This document shows, piece after piece, positions 23,306 through 33,503 of a stretch of 64,000 nucleotides of DNA (its first letter is position 1; each line of letters starts with the position of its first letter). The position numbers and the translations under genes are program-made. The notes beneath the pieces were generated by a model. That model had not been told where the DNA came from. It saw only the letters and a list, made by a program, of their open reading frames with translations, and did no database searches. The DNA is from Escherichia coli (GTDB lineage Bacteria > Pseudomonadota > Gammaproteobacteria > Enterobacterales > Enterobacteriaceae): the NCBI RefSeq assembly GCF_002854065.1, contig NZ_CP024147.1; one strand, written 5' to 3'.

Positions 23306-26107
23306 ATGCAGAACAGCGCTTTGAAAGCCTGGTTGGACTCTTCTTACCTCTCTGGCGCAAACCAGAGCTGGATAGAACAGCTCTATGAAGACTTCTTAAC
23401 CGATCCTGACTCGGTTGACGCTAACTGGCGTTCGACGTTCCAGCAGTTACCTGGTACGGGAGTCAAACCGGATCAATTCCACTCTCAAACGCGTGAATAT
23501 TTCCGCCGCCTGGCGAAAGACGCTTCACGTTACTCTTCAACGATCTCCGACCCTGACACCAATGTGAAGCAGGTTAAAGTCCTGCAGCTCATTAACGCAT
23601 ACCGCTTCCGTGGTCACCAGCATGCGAATCTCGATCCGCTGGGACTGTGGCAGCAAGATAAAGTGGCCGATCTGGATCCGTCTTTCCACGATCTGACCGA
23701 AGCAGACTTCCAGGAGACCTTCAACGTCGGTTCATTTGCCAGCGGCAAAGAAACCATGAAACTCGGCGAACTGCTGGAAGCCCTCAAGCAAACCTACTGC
23801 GGCCCGATTGGTGCCGAGTATATGCACATTACCAGCACCGAAGAAAAACGCTGGATCCAACAGCGTATCGAGTCTGGTCGCGCGACTTTCAATAGCGAAG
23901 AGAAAAAACGCTTCTTAAGCGAACTGACCGCCGCTGAAGGTCTTGAACGTTACCTCGGCGCAAAATTCCCTGGCGCGAAACGCTTCTCGCTGGAAGGCGG
24001 TGACGCGTTAATCCCGATGCTTAAAGAGATGATCCGCCATGCCGGCAACAGCGGCACCCGGGAAGTGGTTCTCGGGATGGCGCACCGTGGTCGTCTGAAC
24101 GTGCTGGTGAACGTGCTGGGTAAAAAACCGCAAGACTTGTTCGACGAGTTTGCCGGTAAACATAAAGAACACCTCGGCACGGGTGACGTGAAATACCACA
24201 TGGGCTTCTCGTCTGACTTCCAGACCGATGGCGGCCTGGTGCACCTGGCGCTGGCGTTTAACCCGTCTCACCTTGAGATTGTAAGCCCGGTAGTTATCGG
24301 CTCTGTTCGTGCCCGTCTGGACAGACTTGATGAGCCGAGCAGCAACAAAGTGCTGCCAATCACCATCCACGGTGACGCCGCAGTGACCGGGCAGGGCGTG
24401 GTTCAGGAAACCCTGAACATGTCGAAAGCGCGTGGTTATGAAGTTGGCGGTACGGTACGTATCGTTATCAACAACCAGGTTGGTTTCACCACCTCTAATC
24501 CGCTGGATGCCCGTTCTACACCGTACTGTACTGATATCGGTAAGATGGTTCAGGCACCGATTTTCCACGTTAACGCGGATGATCCGGAAGCCGTTGCCTT
24601 TGTGACCCGTCTGGCGCTCGATTTCCGTAACACCTTTAAACGTGATGTCTTCATCGACCTGGTGTGCTACCGCCGTCACGGCCACAACGAAGCCGACGAG
24701 CCGAGCGCAACCCAGCCGCTGATGTATCAGAAAATCAAAAAACATCCGACGCCGCGCAAAATCTATGCTGACAAGCTGGAGCAGGAAAAAGTGGCGACGC
24801 TGGAAGATGCCACCGAGATGGTTAACCTGTACCGCGATGCGCTGGATGCTGGCGATTGCGTAGTGGCAGAGTGGCGTCCGATGAACATGCACTCTTTCAC
24901 CTGGTCGCCGTACCTCAACCACGAATGGGACGAAGAGTACCCGAATAAAGTTGAGATGAAGCGCCTGCAGGAGCTGGCGAAACGCATCAGCACGGTGCCG
25001 GAAGCGGTTGAAATGCAGTCTCGCGTTGCCAAAATTTATGGCGATCGCCAGGCGATGGCTGCCGGTGAGAAACTGTTCGACTGGGGCGGCGCGGAAAACC
25101 TCGCTTACGCCACGCTGGTTGACGAAGGCATTCCGGTTCGCCTGTCGGGTGAAGACTCCGGTCGCGGTACCTTCTTCCACCGCCACGCGGTGATCCACAA
25201 CCAGTCTAACGGTTCCACTTACACGCCGCTGCAACACATCCATAACGGGCAGGGCGCGTTCCGCGTCTGGGACTCCGTACTGTCTGAAGAAGCCGTGCTG
25301 GCGTTTGAATACGGTTATGCCACCGCAGAACCACGCACTCTGACCATCTGGGAAGCGCAGTTCGGTGACTTCGCCAACGGTGCGCAGGTGGTTATCGACC
25401 AGTTCATCTCCTCTGGCGAACAGAAATGGGGCCGGATGTGTGGTCTGGTGATGTTGCTGCCGCACGGTTACGAAGGGCAGGGGCCGGAGCACTCCTCCGC
25501 GCGTCTGGAACGTTATCTGCAACTTTGTGCTGAGCAAAACATGCAGGTGTGCGTACCGTCTACCCCGGCACAGGTTTACCACATGCTGCGTCGTCAGGCG
25601 CTGCGCGGGATGCGTCGTCCGCTGGTCGTGATGTCGCCGAAATCCCTGCTGCGTCATCCGCTGGCGGTTTCCAGCCTCGAAGAACTGGCGAACGGCACCT
25701 TCCTGCCAGCCATCGGTGAAATCGACGAGCTTGATCCGAAGGGCGTGAAGCGCGTAGTGATGTGTTCTGGTAAGGTTTATTACGACCTGCTGGAACAACG
25801 TCGTAAGAACAATCAACACGATGTCGCCATTGTGCGTATCGAGCAACTCTACCCGTTCCCGCATAAAGCGATGCAGGAAGTGTTGCAGCAGTTTGCTCAC
25901 GTCAAGGATTTTGTCTGGTGCCAGGAAGAGCCGCTCAACCAGGGCGCATGGTACTGCAGCCAGCATCATTTCCGTGAAGTGATTCCGTTTGGGGCTTCTC
26001 TGCGTTATGCAGGCCGCCCGGCCTCCGCCTCTCCGGCGGTAGGGTATATGTCCGTTCACCAGAAACAGCAACAAGATCTGGTTAATGACGCGCTGAACGT
26101 CGAATAA
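23306..26107 (+). CDS. sucA: 2-oxoglutarate dehydrogenase E1 component
   Basis: 933-aa ORF; N-terminus [38 protein letters not shown]. Confidence 0.97.
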   Translation: MQNSALKAWLDSSYLSGANQSWIEQLYEDFLTDPDSVDANWRSTFQQLPGTGVKPDQFHSQTREYFRRLAKDASRYSSTISDPDTNVKQVKVLQLINAYRFRGHQHANLDPLGLWQQDKVADLDPSFHDLTEADFQETFNVGSFASGKETMKLGELLEALKQTYCGPIGAEYMHITSTEEKRWIQQRIESGRATFNSEEKKRFLSELTAAEGLERYLGAKFPGAKRFSLEGGDALIPMLKEMIRHAGNSGTREVVLGMAHRGRLNVLVNVLGKKPQDLFDEFAGKHKEHLGTGDVKYHMGFSSDFQTDGGLVHLALAFNPSHLEIVSPVVIGSVRARLDRLDEPSSNKVLPITIHGDAAVTGQGVVQETLNMSKARGYEVGGTVRIVINNQVGFTTSNPLDARSTPYCTDIGKMVQAPIFHVNADDPEAVAFVTRLALDFRNTFKRDVFIDLVCYRRHGHNEADEPSATQPLMYQKIKKHPTPRKIYADKLEQEKVATLEDATEMVNLYRDALDAGDCVVAEWRPMNMHSFTWSPYLNHEWDEEYPNKVEMKRLQELAKRISTVPEAVEMQSRVAKIYGDRQAMAAGEKLFDWGGAENLAYATLVDEGIPVRLSGEDSGRGTFFHRHAVIHNQSNGSTYTPLQHIHNGQGAFRVWDSVLSEEAVLAFEYGYATAEPRTLTIWEAQFGDFANGAQVVIDQFISSGEQKWGRMCGLVMLLPHGYEGQGPEHSSARLERYLQLCAEQNMQVCVPSTPAQVYHMLRRQALRGMRRPLVVMSPKSLLRHPLAVSSLEELANGTFLPAIGEIDELDPKGVKRVVMCSGKVYYDLLEQRRKNNQHDVAIVRIEQLYPFPHKAMQEVLQQFAHVKDFVWCQEEPLNQGAWYCSQHHFREVIPFGASLRYAGRPASASPAVGYMSVHQKQQQDLVNDALNVE

Positions 26108-26121
26108 ATAAAGGATACACA

Positions 26122-27339
26122 ATGAGTAGCGTAGATATTCTGGTCCCTGACCTGCCTGAATCCGTAGCCGATGCCACCGTCGCAACCTGGCATAAAAAAC
26201 CCGGCGACGCAGTCGTACGTGATGAAGTGCTGGTAGAAATCGAAACTGACAAAGTGGTACTGGAAGTACCGGCATCAGCAGACGGCATTCTGGATGCGGT
26301 TCTGGAAGATGAAGGTACAACGGTAACGTCTCGTCAGATCCTTGGTCGCCTGCGTGAAGGCAACAGCGCCGGTAAAGAAACCAGCGCCAAATCTGAAGAG
26401 AAAGCGTCCACTCCGGCGCAACGCCAGCAGGCGTCTCTGGAAGAGCAAAACAACGATGCGTTAAGCCCGGCGATCCGTCGCCTGCTGGCTGAACACAACC
26501 TCGACGCCAGCGCCATTAAAGGCACCGGTGTGGGTGGTCGTCTGACTCGTGAAGATGTGGAAAAACATCTGGCGAAAGCCCCGGCGAAAGAGTCTGCTCC
26601 GGCAGCGACTGCTTCGGCAGCGCAACCGGCTCTGGCTGCACGTAGTGAAAAACGTGTCCCGATGACTCGCCTGCGTAAGCGTGTGGCAGAGCGTCTGCTG
26701 GAAGCGAAAAACTCCACCGCCATGCTGACCACGTTCAACGAAGTCAACATGAAGCCGATTATGGATCTGCGTAAGCAGTACGGTGAAGCGTTTGAAAAAC
26801 GCCACGGCATCCGTCTGGGCTTTATGTCCTTCTACGTGAAAGCGGTGGTTGAAGCCCTGAAACGTTACCCGGAAGTGAATGCTTCTATCGACGGCGATGA
26901 CGTGGTTTACCACAACTATTTCGACGTCAGCATGGCGGTTTCTACGCCGCGCGGCCTGGTGACGCCGGTTCTGCGTGATGTCGATACCCTCGGCATGGCA
27001 GACATCGAGAAGAAAATCAAAGAGCTGGCAGTCAAAGGCCGTGATGGCAAGCTGACGGTTGAAGATCTGACCGGTGGTAACTTCACCATCACCAACGGTG
27101 GTGTGTTCGGTTCCCTGATGTCTACGCCGATCATCAACCCGCCGCAGAGCGCAATTCTGGGTATGCACGCTATCAAAGATCGTCCGATGGCGGTGAATGG
27201 TCAGGTTGAGATCCTGCCGATGATGTACCTGGCGCTGTCCTACGATCACCGTCTGATCGATGGTCGCGAATCCGTGGGCTTCCTGGTAACGATCAAAGAG
27301 TTGCTGGAAGATCCGACGCGTCTGCTGCTGGACGTGTAG
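26122..27339 (+). CDS. sucB: Dihydrolipoyllysine-residue succinyltransferase E2 component
   Basis: 405-aa ORF with lipoyl domain ([11 protein letters not shown]) and Ala/Pro-rich linker. Confidence 0.97.
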   Translation: MSSVDILVPDLPESVADATVATWHKKPGDAVVRDEVLVEIETDKVVLEVPASADGILDAVLEDEGTTVTSRQILGRLREGNSAGKETSAKSEEKASTPAQRQQASLEEQNNDALSPAIRRLLAEHNLDASAIKGTGVGGRLTREDVEKHLAKAPAKESAPAATASAAQPALAARSEKRVPMTRLRKRVAERLLEAKNSTAMLTTFNEVNMKPIMDLRKQYGEAFEKRHGIRLGFMSFYVKAVVEALKRYPEVNASIDGDDVVYHNYFDVSMAVSTPRGLVTPVLRDVDTLGMADIEKKIKELAVKGRDGKLTVEDLTGGNFTITNGGVFGSLMSTPIINPPQSAILGMHAIKDRPMAVNGQVEILPMMYLALSYDHRLIDGRESVGFLVTIKELLEDPTRLLLDV

Positions 27340-27344
27340 TAGTT

Positions 27345-27545
27345 TAAGTTTCACCTGCACTGTAGACCGGATAAGACATTATCGCCTTCTCCGGCAATTG
27401 AAGCCTGATGCGACGCTGAACGCGTCTTATCAGGCCTACGGGAAGCACCGATGTAGGTCGGATAAGGCGCTCGCGCCGCATCCGACAAGCGATGCCAGAT
27501 GCGACGCTTGCGCGTCTTATCAGGCCTACGGGTGACCGACAATAC
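27345..27545. repeat. REP/BIME elements between sucB and sucC
   Basis: Multiple copies of the gcctgatgcgacgc / gtaggcctgataagacgcg palindromic unit. Confidence 0.8.
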
Positions 27546-27614
27546 CCGGGAGCGATACGAAATATTCGGTCTACGGTTTAAAAGATAACGATTACTGAAG
27601 GATGGACAGAACAC

Positions 27615-28781
27615 ATGAACTTACATGAATATCAGGCAAAACAACTTTTTGCCCGCTATGGCTTACCAGCACCGGTGGGTTATGCCTGTACTACTCCGCG
27701 CGAAGCAGAAGAAGCCGCTTCAAAAATCGGTGCCGGTCCGTGGGTAGTGAAATGTCAGGTTCACGCTGGTGGCCGCGGTAAAGCGGGCGGTGTGAAAGTT
27801 GTAAACAGTAAAGAAGACATCCGTGCTTTTGCAGAAAACTGGCTGGGCAAGCGTCTGGTAACGTATCAAACAGATGCCAATGGCCAACCGGTTAACCAGA
27901 TTCTGGTTGAAGCGGCGACCGATATCGCTAAAGAGCTGTATCTCGGTGCCGTTGTTGACCGTAGTTCACGTCGCGTGGTCTTTATGGCCTCCACCGAAGG
28001 CGGCGTGGAAATCGAAAAAGTGGCGGAAGAAACTCCGCACCTGATCCATAAAGTTGCGCTTGATCCGCTGACTGGCCCGATGCCGTATCAAGGACGCGAG
28101 CTGGCGTTCAAACTGGGTCTGGAAGGTAAACTGGTTCAGCAGTTCACCAAAATCTTCATGGGCCTGGCGACCATTTTCCTGGAGCGCGACCTGGCGCTGA
28201 TCGAAATCAACCCGCTGGTTATTACCAAACAGGGCGATCTGGTCTGCCTCGACGGCAAACTGGGCGCTGATGGCAACGCACTGTTCCGCCAGCCTGATCT
28301 GCGCGAAATGCGCGACCAGTCGCAGGAAGATCCGCGTGAAGCACAGGCTGCACAGTGGGAACTGAACTACGTTGCGCTGGACGGTAACATCGGTTGTATG
28401 GTTAACGGCGCAGGTCTGGCGATGGGTACGATGGACATCGTTAAACTGCACGGCGGAGAACCGGCTAACTTCCTGGACGTTGGCGGCGGCGCAACCAAAG
28501 AACGTGTAACCGAAGCGTTCAAAATCATCCTCTCTGACGACAAAGTGAAAGCCGTTCTGGTTAACATCTTCGGCGGTATCGTTCGTTGCGATCTGATCGC
28601 TGACGGTATCATCGGCGCGGTAGCGGAAGTGGGTGTTAACGTACCGGTCGTGGTACGTCTGGAAGGTAACAACGCCGAACTCGGCGCGAAGAAACTGGCT
28701 GACAGCGGCCTGAATATTATTGCAGCAAAAGGTCTGACGGATGCAGCTCAGCAGGTTGTTGCCGCAGTGGAGGGGAAATAA
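27615..28781 (+). CDS. sucC: Succinyl-CoA synthetase beta subunit
   Basis: 388-aa ORF; N-terminus [18 protein letters not shown] (ATP-grasp). Confidence 0.97.
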
Positions 28782-29650
28782 TGTCCATTTTAATTGATAA
28801 AAACACCAAGGTTATCTGCCAGGGCTTTACCGGTAGCCAGGGGACTTTCCACTCTGAACAGGCCATTGCATACGGCACCAAAATGGTTGGTGGCGTAACT
28901 CCAGGTAAAGGCGGTACTACCCACCTCGGCCTGCCGGTGTTCAACACCGTGCGTGAAGCTGTTGCTGCTACTGGCGCTACCGCTTCTGTTATCTACGTAC
29001 CAGCACCGTTCTGCAAAGACTCCATTCTGGAAGCCATCGACGCAGGCATCAAACTGATTATCACCATCACTGAAGGCATCCCGACGCTGGATATGCTGAC
29101 CGTGAAAGTGAAGCTGGATGAAGCAGGCGTTCGTATGATCGGCCCGAACTGCCCAGGCGTTATCACTCCGGGTGAATGCAAAATCGGTATCCAGCCTGGT
29201 CACATTCACAAACCGGGTAAAGTGGGTATCGTTTCCCGTTCCGGTACACTGACCTATGAAGCGGTTAAACAGACCACGGATTACGGTTTCGGTCAGTCGA
29301 CCTGTGTCGGTATCGGCGGTGACCCGATCCCTGGCTCTAACTTTATCGACATTCTCGAAATGTTCGAAAAAGATCCGCAGACCGAAGCGATCGTGATGAT
29401 CGGTGAGATCGGCGGTAGCGCTGAAGAAGAAGCAGCTGCGTACATCAAAGAGCACGTTACCAAGCCAGTTGTGGGTTACATCGCTGGTGTGACTGCGCCG
29501 AAAGGCAAACGTATGGGCCACGCGGGTGCCATCATTGCCGGTGGGAAAGGGACTGCGGATGAGAAATTCGCTGCTCTGGAAGCCGCAGGCGTGAAAACCG
29601 TTCGCAGCCTGGCGGATATCGGTGAAGCACTGAAAACTGTTCTGAAATAA
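28781..29650 (+). CDS. sucD: Succinyl-CoA synthetase alpha subunit
   Basis: 289-aa ORF; N-terminus [45 protein letters not shown]. Confidence 0.97.
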
Positions 29651-29750
29651 ATATCTGTAATAAGAAATAGCCCTCGCCGCTTCCCTCTACAGGAATGGCG
29701 AAGGGCTGTCGGTTTCGACATGGTTGGCCATCGTATGATGGCCTTTTTTA
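29651..29750 (+). ncRNA. sdhX: Candidate SdhX (RybD)-type 3'UTR-derived sRNA ending at the sucD terminator
   Basis: Sequence shows two hairpins after the sucD stop, the second (ggccatcgtatgatggcc + T-run) a rho-independent terminator; SdhX is known to derive from the sucD 3'UTR in E. coli; the sRNA sequence itself is not verified from memory. Confidence 0.45.
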
Positions 29751-30316
29751 TGCCTTAAACGGTTAACCACGGTCGAAATCTGACTGCAGGCTTGACTGCA
29801 TGACCACAGCCACTGTGGATTGCCGCAACCGACCGCAAGCCACGAATAAGAACGACGGCGAATTTCGAATCGTTACCTGATGCACTGGCTTCCCAGCGTT
29901 TGACCGTAGCGTTAAGTAAATCAACAAAAGCGATGTTCACCGCTTTTCGTCAAGTCGTGCCATTTGTCAGCCAGGATCGGGTCTTTACCCCGGATATTGC
30001 AGCATCGCAAAAATTCTTAGAGGGATATGCTATAAATCAAAAATAAAATCTTTGTTGATTGTTTATCATAATATCCACAGATATGATAAATGATATCAAT
30101 TTAATAATTTTCACTTAATGTGATTCCGGATAATTCGAAAGGCGCTGTGCTTTTCGGATTATTATTATCTGATTAAGATATTTGTCACGCCAGGCTTACT
30201 GGTTTATAAATGTCAATCATGATTCTTATAAATTATTTATTGCTGCTTTGGTTACCATTACTTCGTAATAAGTAATGTATTTTTGATTGTTTAAACTATT
30301 TTTAAGGGACGGCATT

Positions 30317-30418
30317 ATGCGAGGGAAAATACCTAAAACGGAACTGCTGGTGACTTTTGAGGTCGTCGCACGTCATGAAAGTTATACCAGAGCGGCAGAG
30401 GAGTTAGCGTTAACCCGG
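30317..30418 (+). pseudogene. LysR-type transcriptional regulator, N-terminal 34 codons only, truncated by IS1
   Basis: MRGKIPKTELLVTFEVVARHESYTRAAEELALTR resembles the LysR winged-HTH start; the reading frame runs into the IS1 terminus and stops on IS1 sequence. Confidence 0.6.
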
Positions 30419-30431
30419 TAATGACTCCAAC

Positions 30432-30935
30432 TTATTGATAGTGTTTTATGTTCAGATAATGCCCGATGACTTTGTCATGCAGCTCCACCGATTTTGAGAA
30501 CGACAGCGACTTCCGTCCCAGCCGTGCCAGGTGCTGCCTCAGATTCAGGTTATGCCGCTCAATTCGCTGCGTATATCGCTTGCTGATTACGTGCAGCTTT
30601 CCCTTCAGGCGGGATTCATACAGCGGCCAGCCATCCGTCATCCATATCACCACGTCAAAGGGTGACAGCAGGCTCATAAGACGCCCCAGCGTCGCCATAG
30701 TGCGTTCACCGAATACGTGCGCAACAACCGTCTTCCGGAGCCTGTCATACGCGTAAAACAGCCAGCGCTGGCGCGATTTAGCCCCGACGTATCCCCACTG
30801 TTCGTCCATTTCCGCGCAGACGATGACGTCACTGCCCGGCTGTATGCGCGAGGTTACCGACTGCGGCCTGAGTTTTTTAAATGGCGGAAAATCGTGTTGA
30901 GGCCAACGCCCATAATGCGGGCGGTTGCCCGGCAT
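30432..30935 (-). CDS. insB: IS1 InsB (C-terminal transposase domain, expressed as InsAB' by -1 frameshift)
   Basis: 167-aa ORF …[47 protein letters not shown]… matches IS1 InsB. Confidence 0.95.
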   Translation of the reverse strand: MPGNRPHYGRWPQHDFPPFKKLRPQSVTSRIQPGSDVIVCAEMDEQWGYVGAKSRQRWLFYAYDRLRKTVVAHVFGERTMATLGRLMSLLSPFDVVIWMTDGWPLYESRLKGKLHVISKRYTQRIERHNLNLRQHLARLGRKSLSFSKSVELHDKVIGHYLNIKHYQ

Positions 30936-31129
30936 CCAACGCCATTCATGGCCATATCAATGATTTTCTGGTGCGTACCGGGTTGAGAAGCGGTGTAAGT
31001 GAACTGCAGTTGCCATGTTTTACGGCAGTGAGAGCAGAGATAGCGCTGATGTCCGGCAGTGCTTTTGCCGTTACGCACCACCCCGTCAGTAGCTGAACAG
31101 GAGGGACAGCTGATAGAAACAGAAGCCAC
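30854..31129 (-). CDS. insA: IS1 InsA (transposition inhibitor / N-terminal part of the InsAB' transposase)
   Basis: 91-aa [46 protein letters not shown]… matches IS1 InsA. Confidence 0.95.
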   Translation of the reverse strand: MASVSISCPSCSATDGVVRNGKSTAGHQRYLCSHCRKTWQLQFTYTASQPGTHQKIIDMAMNGVGCRATARIMGVGLNTIFRHLKNSGRSR

Positions 31130-31184
31130 TGGAGCACCTCAAAAACACCATCATACACTAAATCAGTAAGTTGGCAGCATCACC

Positions 31185-31655
31185 CACCACGATTTGCAAA
31201 ATTTCATTGTGCGCCATGGCATCGACAATGCTGGTGGGGAAAGCATGCGAAATAAATACTTTTAGCGTAAAGGGTTCTGCCGCGACCACTCCGGTGGTTT
31301 CGGCACCGTGTGCAACAAAATTAATTCCTGTACCTGGCATGAAGAAATTTACCGTTATCAAGCCTAAGGCAATTGACAGCAATGAGGCGCAAATAAATAA
31401 AAAGAGTGTTTTAGAAAAAATACGACCAAGGGCTTTGGCATCGCCCATTTTAGCAATACCTACCACCAGGGTAGAGACCACTAACGGAGCGATAATCATT
31501 TTTATCAGTCGTAAGAAAATCGTCGTGAATATCGATATTTCTTGCGCATAGAGTTTTGCGGTTTCCGGTGAAGCAGTGTTATTGAGCACTACGCCGATAA
31601 TCATTCCAAGTACCAGCGCCAAAAGAATCATCGTGGTTAAACTTATTTTCTTCAT
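31185..31655 (-). pseudogene. Glutamate/dicarboxylate:cation symporter (DAACS family, GltP/DctA-like), N-terminal ~157 codons, 3'-truncated by IS1
   Basis: IFLRLIKMIIAPLVVSTLVVGIAKMGDAKALGRIFSKTL… aligns with the GltP N-terminal region; GGAGG RBS before ATG at 31655; the ORF continues into IS1, where it terminates. Confidence 0.8.
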
Positions 31656-31815
31656 TTTTTCCTCCATCAGGTGCACGGCGATAAATCAGAATCAGGAGAA
31701 GTAGATGCCTGAATAGAGATTCAGGCATCTACCTGCTATTACAACCTTACAAATAGCTGAAGTGTTGAACTGCAATAAGTGACGGGATGTCAGTTGGCTA
31801 AAAGTATTCGGATTT

Positions 31816-32133
31816 TTACAAATCGAAACTCATATTTAATAAAGGTGCATGTTGCTGTGCACCATAGACATCATTGTCACCTACATTCCCGGAGATAATA
31901 TCTCGTGGCATGACGATTTTTACTGCGTTAGAAGGATCAAACCAGACAATACGATGAATAAAGTCAGGTTCAACATGATATAAGCGCGCAATCAGTTCTG
32001 GGGTTAATTGCCCTGATGATTTAACTCGCTCATAGTTTTCTTTCGTTTTAAATAAAATATCTAAAACCAGTTCGTAAGGTCCGGCATTTTTCGAACGAAT
32101 GACTTGCGCCAGTGAGACAATTGACTGTTTCAT
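31816..32133 (-). CDS. DUF4387-family protein (105 aa), function unknown
   Basis: Small ORF translationally coupled (ATGA overlap) to the upstream DUF1446 gene; family assignment is from memory of the AtuA-partner family. Confidence 0.6.
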   Translation of the reverse strand: MKQSIVSLAQVIRSKNAGPYELVLDILFKTKENYERVKSSGQLTPELIARLYHVEPDFIHRIVWFDPSNAVKIVMPRDIISGNVGDNDVYGAQQHAPLLNMSFDL

Positions 32134-33500
32134 GCCTGAACTCCTTCTGGCGTCACCTGTTCAATATGGAAATCAAAACGCAGAGCGTCGTTGGCTTCAA
32201 TCAGGTGATATATGGAAAATTCGTATACCGGCCCGCCCTGGATATCAGAAGGGGAGAACGGGAACGCCAGGTTGCCTGCGGTAGCGATGCGGTTTTCATA
32301 GCCGTAGTGCAGCATGGTAGAGCGCACCAGCGAGCAAACGCTATTGGCAATTTCCTGGGTCGGTGCAACTACATCAAGGACAATCCCCAGCTCATGCCCG
32401 GCAGTTTGCATCGGTTCATGGTCGCCCATCACCCCGTTTTTACCGTACAGGTGGAAAATGATGCGAATGCTGTCATCGTCTAACGACAGGTTACGCGAAA
32501 CGCTGGTTTTGACTTCATCGATGATTTTATCGATCCCGGCGATCATGATCGGGTCGCGCGTTCCGGCGATGGTCAGACAGCGGAAGCCCACCCGTCGCGC
32601 ACCTTCCAGTTTCAGGGCATACGGCGTTTCTTCATGCTTAGAACCGCTGACGTACACTTCGCCGTCATTGACTGCTTTAAATGTGCAGCCTTTCAGGTTC
32701 AACACGCCGCCAGGTCCTGGCAGGAAGTAGGGATCGGATTTCTCATACAGTGTGTGTGCAGCTGCTGACGTTTCGGTAAATTTACGCTTCGGATTAAATG
32801 TCTTCAGCGTAAAGCCGTTGTCATCAATGATGCCCATCGCACAGTCAGAGCCTGAGCCGGGCGTTGCGGCGATTGCTGCGCACTCAAGGATTTTCCCACA
32901 ATGCAGCGCCAGACCTTCATCAAAGCCTTGCATGATCGGTAGCGCAGCAAAGCAGGCCGGGTCGTAAGCGCGCCCACCCAGCACCACTTGCGCGCCTTCT
33001 TTCAGCGCCCGCTGGAAGGGTTCGATGCCCATTTGCGCGACGATATACGTACTTTCGTCAATCGCGTCGTGGGTTAACGGCGGGACAAAATCCAGCGCCG
33101 TGATTTTGCCGTTATCCAGCGCCTGGTGGACGATGGCTTTGTCAACGTCTGCCGGGATCAACGCCATCGAGAACGAGAGGTGCTCTTCCTGGGCAATCTC
33201 ATGAATTATTTCTCGGCACCACTCCAGGTGTGGTGCGGCACCAGAACCGCCAGCCGTTCCGATCACCACCGGTATATTATTTTGCACGCCTGCGGTGATC
33301 ATATAGCGCAGATCGCGCTTGACCCCTGCGCGATCGGTAAACGGTTTGCCTGCCCCGAGGTAGTGGGGGCCTGGATCGGAAGAGCCTGCATCAACGGCGA
33401 TCAGATCGGGCGATTCTGCCATCGCTTTACGGAAGCTCTCTTCCGGGAATCCATACCCGAGGATTGCCGTTGGCGATAAGACTTTAAAAGAACGAGCCAT
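32130..33500 (-). CDS. DUF1446 / AtuA-like protein (456 aa), function unknown
   Basis: ORF immediately downstream of the methylaspartase gene (3-nt gap); AtuA-like assignment from sequence recollection, not a search. Confidence 0.6.
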   Translation of the reverse strand: MARSFKVLSPTAILGYGFPEESFRKAMAESPDLIAVDAGSSDPGPHYLGAGKPFTDRAGVKRDLRYMITAGVQNNIPVVIGTAGGSGAAPHLEWCREIIHEIAQEEHLSFSMALIPADVDKAIVHQALDNGKITALDFVPPLTHDAIDESTYIVAQMGIEPFQRALKEGAQVVLGGRAYDPACFAALPIMQGFDEGLALHCGKILECAAIAATPGSGSDCAMGIIDDNGFTLKTFNPKRKFTETSAAAHTLYEKSDPYFLPGPGGVLNLKGCTFKAVNDGEVYVSGSKHEETPYALKLEGARRVGFRCLTIAGTRDPIMIAGIDKIIDEVKTSVSRNLSLDDDSIRIIFHLYGKNGVMGDHEPMQTAGHELGIVLDVVAPTQEIANSVCSLVRSTMLHYGYENRIATAGNLAFPFSPSDIQGGPVYEFSIYHLIEANDALRFDFHIEQVTPEGVQA

Positions 33501-33503
33501 TTG

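Larger units (their letters stand above)
30417..31184 (-). mobile_element. IS1 insertion sequence, complete 768 bp copy
   Basis: Terminal inverted repeats ggtaatgactccaacttattgat (30417…) and atcagtaagttggcagcatcacc (…31184); contains insA and insB with the A6C frameshift motif (ttaaaaaactc on the minus strand, near 30870–30880); no matching flanking direct repeat. Confidence 0.95.

Noticed and set aside
24008-26320. 770-aa ORF on the minus strand inside sucA, plus 24763..25032 and other antisense ORFs there
   Set aside because: Entirely antisense to a well-supported conserved gene (sucA); long antisense ORFs are expected in GC-rich coding sequence by chance.
26461-27360. 299-aa minus-strand ORF and 26334..26810 inside sucB
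   Set aside because: Antisense to sucB; Arg/His-rich composition typical of spurious frames.
29755-29940. 61-aa minus-strand ORF just downstream of sucD
   Set aside because: No ribosome-binding site or recognisable homology; lies in non-coding DNA at the island junction, possibly remnant sequence.
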